Shown here: positions 1 through 9,488 of the stretch, piece after piece
How positions within the stretch are numbered: position 1 is the first letter of the stretch
Layout of the letters: every line of letters begins with the position of its first letter
From: an uncultured Oscillospiraceae bacterium
Lineage (GTDB): Bacteria > Bacillota > Clostridia > Oscillospirales > Acutalibacteraceae
DNA: 54,636 nucleotides
NCBI GenBank assembly: GCA_900547275.1
Contig: URGA01000001.1
Location: 1-54,636 of the forward strand
Direction: 5' to 3'
Translations under genes and position numbers: made by a program
The notes under the pieces: model-generated
Database searches by the model: none
Seen by the model: the letters and a program-made list of their open reading frames with translations, nothing else
What the model was told of the DNA's origin: nothing

Positions 1-873
1 GACTCGGTGCGGGTAAGTGAAATCAAACTTGAAAAACTGTCTTCCGGCATGTTTTATAAGTTTAAAGTTGCAGTTCCCACAGCAGACGGACTGCGCGAAA
101 ACGTGGTTGGAGACGTTTCGTTTATTACGAAACCTAAAACACCGTCCGTTTCACTTGAGGCTTACGGTGCAACCTGTGTTACACTGAGCCTTGAAAGCGA
201 AAAAACGCCGACTTCATTTAAAATCTACCGTAAAGACGGCAACGGAAAATTTAAGCTCATTGACACGGTTGACGGCAGTAAAACTCAATATGAAGATACT
301 TCTCTTGAACCGAAAACGAACTATGAATACAAAATAAAATCGGTTGTTGAGAACTCAAAAAAGAAATCCGAAAGTAAGTATTCAAAAACTGTAGAAGTTA
401 AAACAGGCAAAACAATGAAGCTCCCTAAAGTTTCAGGAGCCTGCAAAACATATGCTTACTACACGGCGGTAACCGACAAAACGTCTGCGGCTTATGCTGT
501 TCTTAATTCAGGAACTTACAAAGGCGTAACTTACGAAACATATACAGACGAAGAAACGGGTATTAGAATGGTTGACGGCTGTTACTGCGCCGCTTTGGGA
601 ACGTATTACGGAACTGAAAAAGGTATGAAATACAGAATAACCCTCAAATCTGGTGAAACATTTAAAATCATTCTGTGCGATACTAAGTCAAACCGCCACA
701 CTGATAAAAAGCATCAGTACGCTAAGAAAAACAAAGATATCGTTGAATTTTACGTTGACAAGGATAAAATCCCTGATGAAGTTAACGGAAATTACAACGT
801 TCTGGAACAGTTCAACGGACCTATTGCTTCAATTGAAAAAATAACCCAGGTCGAAAACGACACAGAAGAATAA
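1..873 (+). CDS. Secreted or cell-surface protein, C-terminal fragment (5' end off-window): Fn3-like repeats plus a C-terminal domain of unknown function
   Basis: The frame is open from nt 1. Beta-rich Fn3-like repeat pattern (TSFKIYRKDGNGKFKLIDTV...YEYKIKSV). A strong terminator follows. Confidence 0.5.
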   Translation, partial: DSVRVSEIKLEKLSSGMFYKFKVAVPTADGLRENVVGDVSFITKPKTPSVSLEAYGATCVTLSLESEKTPTSFKIYRKDGNGKFKLIDTVDGSKTQYEDTSLEPKTNYEYKIKSVVENSKKKSESKYSKTVEVKTGKTMKLPKVSGACKTYAYYTAVTDKTSAAYAVLNSGTYKGVTYETYTDEETGIRMVDGCYCAALGTYYGTEKGMKYRITLKSGETFKIILCDTKSNRHTDKKHQYAKKNKDIVEFYVDKDKIPDEVNGNYNVLEQFNGPIASIEKITQVENDTEE

Positions 874-878
874 AATAT

Positions 879-911
879 AAAGCCACGGATTTACCGTGGC
901 TTTTATTTTTT
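879..911. terminator. Bidirectional rho-independent terminator between convergent genes
   Basis: Stem AGCCACGG / CCGTGGCT with a 5-nt loop, an A-run upstream and TTTTATTTTTT downstream. Confidence 0.8.
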
Positions 912-912
912 C

Positions 913-1875
913 TTATTTGTTTACTACGTTTTGAGGATTACCGCTGATAAAAGCTTTCAAATTGTCTTCTAGTATGCCTAAAAGGCGTTTTCTTGTTTCA
1001 TACGCAGCCCATGCTATATGAGGAGTAATAAGGCAATTTTTAGCTGTCAGCAGTGGATTATCAGCTTTTGCAGGTTCTGTTTCAAGAACATCAAGACCCG
1101 CTCCTGCAATTTTGCCGGAATTTAGAGCGTCAGCCAGAGCCTGTTCATCAACAACGGGACCTCTTGACGTATTAATGAATACAGCAGATTTTTTCATTTT
1201 AGAAAATGCTTCTGCATTCATCATTGAATTTGTCTGGGATGTAAGCGGGCAGTGACAGGTTACAAAGTCGCTTTCTTTAAGAATGGTATCAACATCTGTA
1301 AATCTGGTTTTCTTGAGACCGCCTGCTTCTTTAGGATGCGGTGCAAATGCTAAAACATTCATTCCGAAAACTTCCGCTATTTCCGCAACTCTGCGCCCGA
1401 TTGCGCCGAAACCAATTATTCCGATTGTCTTTCCGTCAAGTTCGGCAAGCGGCGCTTTCCAGAAACAGAAGTCAGGGCAGGAGCACCATTCTCCGTTGTG
1501 AACTGCTTCTGAATGGAGTTCAACTCTGTTTGTAAATGCAAGAATAAAAGAAAATACCAGCTGTGCAACAGCATTAGTGGAATATGCCGGAATGTTCGAT
1601 ACGGTAATACCGAGTTCCTTAGCAGTTTCACAGTCAACAACGTTATAACCGGTGGACTGAAGACCGATATATTTTAACTCAGGACTGAGTTTTCTGAGAG
1701 TATCGCCGTCAAGAACGGTTTTGTTGATAATAAGAACGTCTGCGCCTTTTGCTCTTGAGACAACGTCCTCTTGATTTGTACGCTCATAAACAGTAAGATC
1801 ACCGTATTTTTTAAACTGTTCCCAGCTTAAATCGCCGGGATTTGTTGTATATCCGTCAAGATTTACTATTTTCAT
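913..1875 (-). CDS. D-isomer-specific 2-hydroxyacid dehydrogenase (glycerate dehydrogenase / hydroxypyruvate reductase-like)
   Basis: 320 aa. NAD-binding GIIGFGAIGRRV. C-terminal RGPVVDEQAL...GAGLDV...TPHIAWA pattern typical of the family. Confidence 0.85.
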   Translation of the reverse strand: MKIVNLDGYTTNPGDLSWEQFKKYGDLTVYERTNQEDVVSRAKGADVLIINKTVLDGDTLRKLSPELKYIGLQSTGYNVVDCETAKELGITVSNIPAYSTNAVAQLVFSFILAFTNRVELHSEAVHNGEWCSCPDFCFWKAPLAELDGKTIGIIGFGAIGRRVAEIAEVFGMNVLAFAPHPKEAGGLKKTRFTDVDTILKESDFVTCHCPLTSQTNSMMNAEAFSKMKKSAVFINTSRGPVVDEQALADALNSGKIAGAGLDVLETEPAKADNPLLTAKNCLITPHIAWAAYETRKRLLGILEDNLKAFISGNPQNVVNK

Positions 1876-2018
1876 ATTTCACACGCCTTTCTCTGTACGA
1901 ATTATAACCCTTTAACCGTAAAAAAGCAATATTGACTTGATAGGGAAGGGGAGTTTAGTTATAATATTTTATAAGTAAGACAAAGAATTTGCTCATATAT
2001 ATAGTAAAGGTGAAAATT

Positions 2019-2717
2019 ATGAAAAAATCCTTTGTTCTTTTACTGACAGCGGCTTTTGTATTTGTTACCTGTCTGTCGCTAAATAATCTGCTTTCGCGTG
2101 TTAAACTGTCATCGCAGCATTTTAACTCTTCAAAGTTCAGTCTTGTTATTGACCCGGGTCACGGCGGAAGAGACGCGGGGACTAATGCGGCTGACATGAC
2201 GCTGGAAAAAGATATAAATCTTGCGATAGCACAAAATCTGTATGATTTTGCGGCGGTAAGCGGAATGTCTGTTTCAATGACACGAACAGGTGATTATCTT
2301 GTTTACGGAAGCGGCGATGACCGAAACCGCTCAGATCTTTATAACCGATATGATTACATAAACAGCGTTGACAATGCGCTTTTGGTTTCGATACACCAAA
2401 ATCATTACGAAGACACTTCCCAGTGGGGAATGCAAATCTGGTATACTGTTAATGACTCTAAGAGTAAACAGCTTGCCGATAGAATTCTTGAATACGATAA
2501 AAAATTCCTTCAGCCAGACAATAAGAGGACAAATAAACCCTCTGACGACAGTTACTACCTTCTTTATAAAGCAAAAGTGCCGTCAGTTATGGTTGAATGC
2601 GGTTTTATGAGCAATATTGAAGAGAATAATCTTCTTAAAACAGACGAATACAGGCAAAAAGTAGCATATGTTATTCTTTTAGGCCTTAACGATATGATGA
2701 AAGAACAGGAGCAGTAA
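2019..2717 (+). CDS. cwlD: N-acetylmuramoyl-L-alanine amidase, CwlD-like (germination-specific type)
   Basis: N-terminal TM segment, then IDPGHGGRDAG, SIHQN and ECGFMSN amidase_3 motifs. Size is about 230 aa. ATG at 2019 follows AAAGGTGA; the track ORF starts at an upstream TTG. Confidence 0.7.
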   Translation: MKKSFVLLLTAAFVFVTCLSLNNLLSRVKLSSQHFNSSKFSLVIDPGHGGRDAGTNAADMTLEKDINLAIAQNLYDFAAVSGMSVSMTRTGDYLVYGSGDDRNRSDLYNRYDYINSVDNALLVSIHQNHYEDTSQWGMQIWYTVNDSKSKQLADRILEYDKKFLQPDNKRTNKPSDDSYYLLYKAKVPSVMVECGFMSNIEENNLLKTDEYRQKVAYVILLGLNDMMKEQEQ

Positions 2718-2723
2718 AACAAA

Positions 2724-4091
2724 ATGGCAAAAAGTAAGAGCGTATTTATTTGCAGTGAGTGTGGCTACGAGTCGGCAAAGTGGTACGGAAAGTGCCCGAA
2801 TTGCGGCGAATGGAACACAATGAACGAAGAAATAAAATCTCCTTCGGCAGGAATTAAAGGCGGTTCAGTAGCATATAAAAGCAGTAAATTAATGCGCCTT
2901 AACGAAATTACTAATGATATCGAAAAACGTCTTTCGACGGGAATATCCGAACTTGACCGCGTTCTGGGCGGGGGAATTGTTGAAGGTTCGCTTGTCCTGC
3001 TGGGCGGCGACCCTGGAATAGGAAAGTCAACAATCCTTTTGCAAGCGTGTCAGAATATAGGAAAGGACAAAAAGATACTCTATGTCAGCGGTGAGGAATC
3101 TGTAAGTCAGATAAAACTGAGAGCAAACAGGCTTGAAGTATTTACAAAAAATCTTTTCCTGCTTTCCGAGACCGATGTGGGGATTATTGCGGAAACTATT
3201 CGCTGTGAAAAGCCTGATGTTGTGATTATAGACTCGATACAAACTATGGTTTACGATCAAGTTTCTTCTTCTGCAGGTTCCGTAACTCAGGTTAGGGAAT
3301 GCACAAATATTTTTATGCACACTGCAAAATCCTACGGTATCCCGATTTTTGTTATAGGTCATGTTAACAAAGACGGCGCAATTGCAGGCCCGAAGGTACT
3401 GGAACATATTGTTGACACCGTTCTTTACTTTGAAGGCGAGCGAAATTACTCTTACAGAATACTGAGAAGCGTTAAAAACAGATTTGGCTCTACTAACGAA
3501 ATCGGCGTTTTTGAAATGACCCAAAACGGACTAATGGAGGTGGAGAACCCTTCGCAGCTTATGCTTTCCGGAAGGCCTAAGAACACCAGCGGAACGTGCG
3601 TTGCCTGCGTCATGGAAGGCTCAAGACCGATTCTTGCAGAAGTTCAGGGACTTGTTACTGCAACCGGTTTCGGCAATCCGAGAAGAATGAGCACGGGTTT
3701 TGATTTTAACCGAATGGCAATGCTTATTGCTGTACTGGAAAAACGTGCAGGTTATTTTTTCAATAATATGGACGCATATATTAACGTTGTCAGCGGTCTT
3801 AAACTGGACGAGCCTGCGGCTGATTTGTCAGTAGCAATGGCTCTTGTTTCTTCGCTTAAGGATGAAGTCATAGGGGACAAAATACTTACTTTCGGCGAAA
3901 TAGGACTTGCCGGTGAAATAAGGGCTGTCAATCACTGCGAACAGCGTGTCCAGGAAGCGAAGCGACTCGGCTTTGAAAGATGCGTAATTCCGTTTCATAA
4001 TTATAAGTCACTTTCAAAAGATATAAAGAAAAGTCTTGATATTGTCCCTGTGCGCACAATAAGAGACGCTTTTTCTGCAATAACTGAATAA
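2724..4091 (+). CDS. radA: DNA repair protein RadA/Sms
   Basis: C4 zinc finger CSECGY..CPNCGEWN, Walker A GDPGIGKST, VKNRFGSTNE motif and a Lon-like C-terminal domain. 455 aa. Confidence 0.95.
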   Translation: MAKSKSVFICSECGYESAKWYGKCPNCGEWNTMNEEIKSPSAGIKGGSVAYKSSKLMRLNEITNDIEKRLSTGISELDRVLGGGIVEGSLVLLGGDPGIGKSTILLQACQNIGKDKKILYVSGEESVSQIKLRANRLEVFTKNLFLLSETDVGIIAETIRCEKPDVVIIDSIQTMVYDQVSSSAGSVTQVRECTNIFMHTAKSYGIPIFVIGHVNKDGAIAGPKVLEHIVDTVLYFEGERNYSYRILRSVKNRFGSTNEIGVFEMTQNGLMEVENPSQLMLSGRPKNTSGTCVACVMEGSRPILAEVQGLVTATGFGNPRRMSTGFDFNRMAMLIAVLEKRAGYFFNNMDAYINVVSGLKLDEPAADLSVAMALVSSLKDEVIGDKILTFGEIGLAGEIRAVNHCEQRVQEAKRLGFERCVIPFHNYKSLSKDIKKSLDIVPVRTIRDAFSAITE

Positions 4092-4097
4092 AAGGAA

Positions 4098-4140
4098 AAT
4101 ACAGAAGAACCTTCAAGATATTCTTCTGTATTTTTTATTT
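4098..4140 (+). terminator. Rho-independent terminator of radA
   Basis: Stem AATACAGAAGAA / TTCTTCTGTATT followed by TTTTTATTTT. Confidence 0.85.
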
Positions 4141-4155
4141 TGTTCTAGGAACAGG

Positions 4156-4184
4156 TTGACGAGTGATAAAAAAATTGCTATAAT
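4156..4184 (+). promoter_or_regulatory. Near-consensus sigma-A-type promoter with no adjacent ORF
   Basis: TTGACG (4156-4161), 17-nt spacer, TATAAT (4179-4184). The next credible start codon is 518 nt downstream at 4702. Confidence 0.45.
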
Positions 4185-4701
4185 TATACAAAATAAATAT
4201 TTTGTGCAATATAGGGGAGTTAAAAACCGAAAATTTGATAAGAATAGCTGTTTTGTTGTTTTTTTCTGCTTTAAAATCTATTTTCTTTGTTTTATGTAAA
4301 ATATAAGTCTGCTCTGGAGCCTTTCAGTTTTTTTCAGACGATACTCACATCGTTTTTTAAATTTCTATTGAATTTAATCTTGCTTCATGTTCTTACTGCG
4401 ATGATAATTATGTCGCAGTTTTGTGGATATTAGGATTAGACTATGATTATAACTGAAATTACGATTTATAGCGTATAACATATAAAAACTGATTTTTCAG
4501 CGTTTTCTTCAAAGGCAGTTTTTCTTTGTCTTTGTTTATGGGTTATTTATTTATAGTGAAGTAATGACATTAGTATGCTAATTTTCCTATTAAAAATTGA
4601 TTTTTAAAAATATTTATGCTTGTTTAACAATGCCCTTTTTATCTTAATATTATTTTCTAATACTTGTGAAACAGTTTCACAGCGCGGAGGTGCTTATTAT
4701 A

Positions 4702-5676
4702 ATGAGAAAAGATGAATTTCAATATTTGCCTCAGTTAGTACAGCAATATCTGATTTACCTTGAAGCAATCAAAGGCCATAGCGAACTCTCAGTAATAGAA
4801 TATGCTTCAGATCTTCGTACCTTCTTTCGTTATATTGCTCGGCTTAAAGGTCTTTGCAGTAAGGATACGCCTGATGAAGATATTGATATCTCCCCTATTG
4901 ACCTTGATTTTATAAAAAAAATCACCTTAAATGATGCTTATATGTTTCTAATTTACTGCAAAAATAAAAGAAAAAACAATGAAACTACGAGAGCGCGAAG
5001 AGTTATAGCAATAAGACGATTTTTTATTTATTTAACTGATAATCAAAAGCTTTTAGATGAAAATCCTATGAAAACTCTTGATATTCCGAAGACAAAAAAA
5101 GCCCTGCCTAAATACCTCACATTAGAGGAAGCAGAGCGGTTGCTGGACGTTATTGACGGAAAATTCAAGGAACGTGATTATGCTATTATAACGCTGTTTT
5201 TAAATTGCGGAATGCGGCTTGCCGAGCTTGTTAGTATAGATTACAATGATATAAAAGCAGACGGCTCTCTTATTATAACAGGTAAAGGAAACAAAGAACG
5301 CAGAATATTTCTTAATCAGGCGTGCGTTAATGCGGTAACTGCTTACATGAAAGTCAGACCACATGACGGAGTCAAAGATAAAGCCTTGTTTCTCAGTTCA
5401 AGAAATCAGCGTATAAGTCCTAAAACAGTACAACATATCGTTTACCAGTATCTTGATAAAGCAGGTCTTGGCGACCGTGGTTTGTCTGTGCATAAACTGC
5501 GTCACACTGCTGCGACTTTGATGTATCAGCACGGTAACGTTGACCTTCTATTGCTTAAAGAGATATTGGGGCACGAAAATCTCGGTACTACGGAGATATA
5601 CACACATATCAGCGAAGACGCCGCCAAAAAGGCTGTTGCTTCAAATCCGCTGTCAAAAGAAAAGGCTAAATGGTAA
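4702..5676 (+). CDS. Tyrosine site-specific recombinase, XerC/XerD family
   Basis: Catalytic pattern R (GMRLAEL), HKLRHTAAT (HxxR) and LGHENLGTTEIYTH (H...Y). ATG at 4702 follows GGAGGTG. Sits next to a spoIIM-like gene, as ripX/xerD does in B. subtilis. Confidence 0.85.
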   Translation: MRKDEFQYLPQLVQQYLIYLEAIKGHSELSVIEYASDLRTFFRYIARLKGLCSKDTPDEDIDISPIDLDFIKKITLNDAYMFLIYCKNKRKNNETTRARRVIAIRRFFIYLTDNQKLLDENPMKTLDIPKTKKALPKYLTLEEAERLLDVIDGKFKERDYAIITLFLNCGMRLAELVSIDYNDIKADGSLIITGKGNKERRIFLNQACVNAVTAYMKVRPHDGVKDKALFLSSRNQRISPKTVQHIVYQYLDKAGLGDRGLSVHKLRHTAATLMYQHGNVDLLLLKEILGHENLGTTEIYTHISEDAAKKAVASNPLSKEKAKW

Positions 5677-6298
5677 TTACAGAGCGAAAAAGCGTTGTTA
5701 TTCCTGCGTTTACTAATGCCGCCAGCGCCACAACTACAGCAAAAATCAAATATTTTTTCAGATATGACTTAACATCAAATTGGGTCATATCTGTTTTTTT
5801 TACTGATAAGTCAAAAATACTTCTGGACATATCAGTACTTATTTTTATAGACATGGTAATTACTGTTAAAAGTAAAGCGGCGGCAGGAATTACCATTAAA
5901 AGGCAGTACACAATACCTTTTGCGCCATTGTTTACATAGTAATAGGCTACCTTCATTCCGATTACGATGCCGCATCCCAGCGGAACGAAATTAACGAAAG
6001 GAAAACCTATCATACAAAAGCCAAGAAAAACGGTTATAAGAAATATACTGAAATAAAGGCAAAAATCAACAATAAACAGCTGAAGGAATTCAGACTGAGT
6101 AAAGGTTGTCAGAATATTATCCAGCGTTTCACCGGCAAATTGTTTGTAAATCGTACTTCCTATTATCAGTCCGCATATGTAAAAAACAAAGCTGTATATG
6201 TATGACTTGTAGTCAAATATGTTGAACTCTTTTAATTCTGCCAGTTTTGTTTCCGGCTTTTTGAAAAAATCAAATTCCTGTTCTTTGTTTTCTTTCAT
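5666..6298 (-). CDS. spoIIM: Polytopic membrane protein, stage II sporulation protein M-like
   Basis: 210 aa with about 5 predicted TM segments. Architecture and a partial pattern resemble SpoIIM, and it neighbours the Xer recombinase. The assignment rests on resemblance only. Confidence 0.5.
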   Translation of the reverse strand: MKENKEQEFDFFKKPETKLAELKEFNIFDYKSYIYSFVFYICGLIIGSTIYKQFAGETLDNILTTFTQSEFLQLFIVDFCLYFSIFLITVFLGFCMIGFPFVNFVPLGCGIVIGMKVAYYYVNNGAKGIVYCLLMVIPAAALLLTVITMSIKISTDMSRSIFDLSVKKTDMTQFDVKSYLKKYLIFAVVVALAALVNAGITTLFRSVITI

Positions 6299-6301
6299 GT
6301 T

Positions 6302-6688
6302 TTACACCTTGATTTTCTTTTTACCGAATGAAGCAATTACAGCACAGCTTGGTATCAGTAACAATCTGATAATGAATAACATTGTGCCAACAGGGTTGAT
6401 ACAGCCGTTAACCACTGAAATAATCAGTGCGGGCATAACAGAAAGTACAGCCATAACTGTTCGATTATTTTTTATTCCGCTGATTGAAATTTTAGCAATG
6501 ATAAACGGACACAAAATGTCCATAGCTATTGCCAAATACGGTATGTTGTCAAGATCCATATCCGTTTTCCAAACAATAAGAGCAAGGAGCGCCGCCGCAG
6601 TGCCGTAGCAAATAACGGTGGCAAAAACAACTTTGACGATATAAATCACTAACAATTTGCCTGATTTTCCTACATTAAACTTTGGCAT
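6302..6688 (-). CDS. Small integral membrane protein (possibly YrzE/TIGR04086-like)
   Basis: 128 aa with 3-4 hydrophobic segments. SD GGAGGAG lies 7 nt before the ATG. Position just downstream of yajC matches B. subtilis yrbF-yrzE. The family call is tentative. Confidence 0.45.
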   Translation of the reverse strand: MPKFNVGKSGKLLVIYIVKVVFATVICYGTAAALLALIVWKTDMDLDNIPYLAIAMDILCPFIIAKISISGIKNNRTVMAVLSVMPALIISVVNGCINPVGTMLFIIRLLLIPSCAVIASFGKKKIKV

Positions 6689-6730
6689 AAAAAATCTCCT
6701 CCGAATAAAAACTATTCAGAGGAGTAATTT
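6689..6730 (-). terminator. Terminator-like hairpin after yajC; its 3' arm contains the SD of the next gene
   Basis: Minus-strand RNA reads CUCCUCUGAAU-AGUUUUU-AUUCGGAGGAG then AUUUUUU-AUG. The stem is 11 bp including one G-U pair. Confidence 0.55.
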
Positions 6731-6750
6731 TTTAGAACTTTATAAGGATT

Positions 6751-7206
6751 TTATTTTTCGATTTTTTCTTCAGCTTCTTTTACAACGTCGGTTTTCTCTT
6801 CAGCATCCTTTTTCTTGTTCTTTTTGCTGTTTTTCTTGTTCTTAGCCGCTTCCTTAGCTGCTTCAACTTCTTTCTGGTGCTGTTCCATCTTAGTCTTGTT
6901 TGTGTTTACAGCCCAGCGCTGAATGCGCATTTTGTTGCGGTCTGCACCTGTTTCAATAATAAGGTCTTCTTCACGAATTGTAACAACTTTACCGACAATA
7001 CCGCCGATTGTGATGATCTCATCGCCGATTTCAAGCGAAGATCTCATTTCCTGCTCTTCTTTCTGGCGCTTTCTCTGAGGACGGATTGTAAGGAAATACA
7101 TGGCAACAACCATTACAACCATTACAATCAGGAAAGATGTTGATGATGCGCCGCCTCCGGCAGCTGAAGAAGATGCTGTAGATGATAAAAGTAAAATTGG
7201 TGTCAT
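6751..7206 (-). CDS. yajC: Preprotein translocase subunit YajC, with a long K/E-rich C-terminal tail
   Basis: YFLTIRPQRKRQKE...GDEIITIGGIVGKV core. There is an N-terminal S/A/G-rich extension and a charged tail of about 55 aa. Confidence 0.85.
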   Translation of the reverse strand: MTPILLLSSTASSSAAGGGASSTSFLIVMVVMVVAMYFLTIRPQRKRQKEEQEMRSSLEIGDEIITIGGIVGKVVTIREEDLIIETGADRNKMRIQRWAVNTNKTKMEQHQKEVEAAKEAAKNKKNSKKNKKKDAEEKTDVVKEAEEKIEK

Positions 7207-7270
7207 TTCATATTCCTCCCGAAAATGATGAAACTATTATATCAAATATAAAATATATTTCAAGTCTTTT

Positions 7271-8401
7271 CTATATTCTGGTATCAAGTTTCACACAATA
7301 TTCATTTTTATAATCTTCAAACGTACCGTTTTCTAACACTTGTCTTATTTCTGTCATCAAATTATTATAAAAATAAAGATTATGCATAACAGCAAGCCGC
7401 ATACCAAGCATTTCTCCTGCTTTAAGAAGATGTTTGATATAAGCACGGCTGTAATTCTGACATACAGGGCAGCTGCACTGAGGGTCAATTGGCTGTCCGT
7501 CGTGATCGTATTTTGCGTTATTTATGTTGATTATTCCTGCTTTAGTAAACAGATGACCATGGCGGGCATTTCTTGAAGGCATTACACAGTCAAACAGATC
7601 TACGCCTCTGGAAACGCCTTCGAGAATATTTCCGGGTGTACCTACGCCCATAAGGTATCGCGGTTTGTCCTTTGGCATATACGGCTCAACGGCGCTTATT
7701 ATTCTGTACATATCTTCCTTTGGTTCACCAACTGCAAGGCCTCCGATAGCATATCCGTCGCAGTCAAGCTTTGCAATTTCTTTCATATGCCATATGCGTA
7801 TATCATCATATGTGCATCCCTGGTTTATTCCGAAAAGAAGCTGGTTTTTATTTATGGTTTCGGCCAAAGAATTGAGCCTTTCCATTTCAACCTTACAGCG
7901 TTCCAGCCATCTAAGTGTTCTTTTGCAAGATTCGGTTGCGTATTTTCTTGTGGCTGGATTTTCAACACATTCGTCAAAAGCCATTGCAATGGTAGAAGCA
8001 AGATGAGACTGAATTTGCATACTTTCTTCAGGCCCCATAAATATCTTTTTTCCGTTTACGTGGGAATGAAACGTTACGCCTTCTTCCTTGATCTGGTTCA
8101 GTTTTGCAAGACTGAATACCTGAAATCCGCCGCTGTCTGTAAGTATCGGTCTGTTCCAATTAGTGAACTTGTGAAGACCTCCCATTTCAGCAACCAGCGT
8201 ATCCGAAGGACGGACATGCAAATGATATGTGTTGCAAAGCATAACCTGACAGTTGATATCTTCAAGATCACGGGTAGAAAGCCCCCCCTTGATTGCACCG
8301 CAGGTAGCAACGTTCATAAAAGCAGGTGTTTGAACCGTTCCGTGAACAGTCTGAAACTCTCCCCTTCTCGCCGCACCAAGCTGTTTAATTACTTTAAACA
8401 T
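7271..8401 (-). CDS. tgt: Queuine tRNA-ribosyltransferase (tRNA-guanine transglycosylase)
   Basis: 376 aa. LTDSGGFQV motif and Zn site CSCPVC...H. Confidence 0.95.
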   Translation of the reverse strand: MFKVIKQLGAARRGEFQTVHGTVQTPAFMNVATCGAIKGGLSTRDLEDINCQVMLCNTYHLHVRPSDTLVAEMGGLHKFTNWNRPILTDSGGFQVFSLAKLNQIKEEGVTFHSHVNGKKIFMGPEESMQIQSHLASTIAMAFDECVENPATRKYATESCKRTLRWLERCKVEMERLNSLAETINKNQLLFGINQGCTYDDIRIWHMKEIAKLDCDGYAIGGLAVGEPKEDMYRIISAVEPYMPKDKPRYLMGVGTPGNILEGVSRGVDLFDCVMPSRNARHGHLFTKAGIININNAKYDHDGQPIDPQCSCPVCQNYSRAYIKHLLKAGEMLGMRLAVMHNLYFYNNLMTEIRQVLENGTFEDYKNEYCVKLDTRI

Positions 8402-8412
8402 ATATTTTTACC

Positions 8413-9438
8413 TCAACAAATAAACATTGCGTCACCGAATGAGAAAAATCTGTATTTTTCCTTTACGGCGGTATTATAAGCGTTCATAATATTATCAAAT
8501 CCGGCAAAAGCGCTGACAAGCATGATAAGCGTGCTTTCAGGCAGATGGAAATTAGTAATCAGTGCGTCCATGCACTTGAATTCAAAGCCCGGATAAATGA
8601 AAATACTTGTATTGTCGTCATCCTCGCAGATACAGCCGTTTTTAGCGGCAACAGACTCAATAGTTCTGCAAGACGTTGTGCCGACAGCGATTACTCGTCC
8701 GCCGTTTTTCTTGGTTTCGTTTATCAGTTCAGCCGTTTCAGGGGGCATATGATAATGTTCCGTGTGCATTTTGTGTTTCGTTACATCGTCTACTTTTACA
8801 GGACGGAAAGTACCGAGACCTACATGAAGCGTAACATAGCCTATTTTTACACCCATCGCCTTGATTTTTTCAAGCATTTCGGGAGTAAAGTGAAGACCCG
8901 CAGTAGGAGCGGCGGCGGAACCGAGTTCCTTGCTGTATACAGTCTGGTAACGCTCTTTGTTTTCCAGTTTTTCTTTTATGTAAGGCGGAAGTGGCATCTG
9001 ACCTATTTCGTCAAGAACTGCGAAAATATTACCGTCGCAGGTGAAGCGTACAATTCTGTTGCCGTCTTCCTGGACGTCAATAACCTCTCCCTGGAGTTTT
9101 CCGTCACCGAAATCAAACATTGTTCCGATTTTAGCACGTTTTCCTGGTTTGCATAAGCATTCCCAAACGTCGTTTTCCTTCTGAGTAAGGAGTAAAAACT
9201 CTACATATGCTCCTGTCTCCATCTTTGTTCCGTAAATTCTTGCGGGAATTACTCTTGTATTATTAAGTATCAGGCAGTCTTTGTCTGTTAAGTATTCGGT
9301 TAAATCCCTGAAAATTCTATGTTCTATGGCGCCTGTTTCCTTGTTAAGCACCATTAGGCGAGAAGCGTCTCTCGGTTCAATTGGAGTCTGAGCTATCAGT
9401 TCCTGAGGCAAATCGTAGTAAAAATCCGAAGTTTTCAT
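8413..9438 (-). CDS. queA: S-adenosylmethionine:tRNA ribosyltransferase-isomerase
   Basis: 341 aa. N-terminal [13 protein letters not shown] and C-terminal [12 protein letters not shown] motifs. Lies upstream of tgt. Confidence 0.95.
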   Translation of the reverse strand: MKTSDFYYDLPQELIAQTPIEPRDASRLMVLNKETGAIEHRIFRDLTEYLTDKDCLILNNTRVIPARIYGTKMETGAYVEFLLLTQKENDVWECLCKPGKRAKIGTMFDFGDGKLQGEVIDVQEDGNRIVRFTCDGNIFAVLDEIGQMPLPPYIKEKLENKERYQTVYSKELGSAAAPTAGLHFTPEMLEKIKAMGVKIGYVTLHVGLGTFRPVKVDDVTKHKMHTEHYHMPPETAELINETKKNGGRVIAVGTTSCRTIESVAAKNGCICEDDDNTSIFIYPGFEFKCMDALITNFHLPESTLIMLVSAFAGFDNIMNAYNTAVKEKYRFFSFGDAMFIC

Positions 9439-9458
9439 AAATTATCTCCATAAAATAT

Positions 9459-9488
9459 TTGACATATATATATAGTAAGTGATATTAT
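9459..9488 (+). promoter_or_regulatory. Sigma-A-type promoter of the asd-dapA-dapB operon
   Basis: TTGACA (9459-9464), 18-nt spacer, extended -10 TGaTATTAT (9480-9488). Confidence 0.5.

Noticed and set aside
4292-4302. dif-like half site TTATGTAAAAT (resembles the XerD arm TTATGTAAACT of B. subtilis dif) near the Xer recombinase gene
   Set aside because: No matching XerC arm or ATAA-N6 geometry lies 6 nt upstream in either orientation. An 11-mer of this composition is expected by chance in DNA this AT-rich.
4235-4306. 23-codon hydrophobic ORF (TTG start; IRIAVLLFFSALKSIFFVLCKI) that could be a type I toxin-like peptide
   Set aside because: The start is non-ATG. The only SD-like GGGGAG is more than 15 nt upstream. 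Hydrophobic translations are expected from T-rich sequence.
4702-5676. Tyrosine recombinase as a marker of a prophage or integrative element
   Set aside because: Both flanks are housekeeping or sporulation genes (radA, spoIIM-like, yajC-tgt-queA). No att-type direct repeats or phage/ICE genes were seen. The Xer + spoIIM neighbourhood mirrors B. subtilis. It is more likely the chromosomal XerD/RipX-type enzyme.
7787-8479. 230-aa plus-strand ORF, and similarly 7665-8006 and 7340-7576
   Set aside because: These lie entirely antisense to the well-supported tgt gene. They are low-complexity, have no SD and resemble no family. They are typical shadow ORFs.
8545-9156. 203-aa plus-strand ORF
   Set aside because: It is antisense to queA, has no RBS, and its composition is that of a shadow frame.
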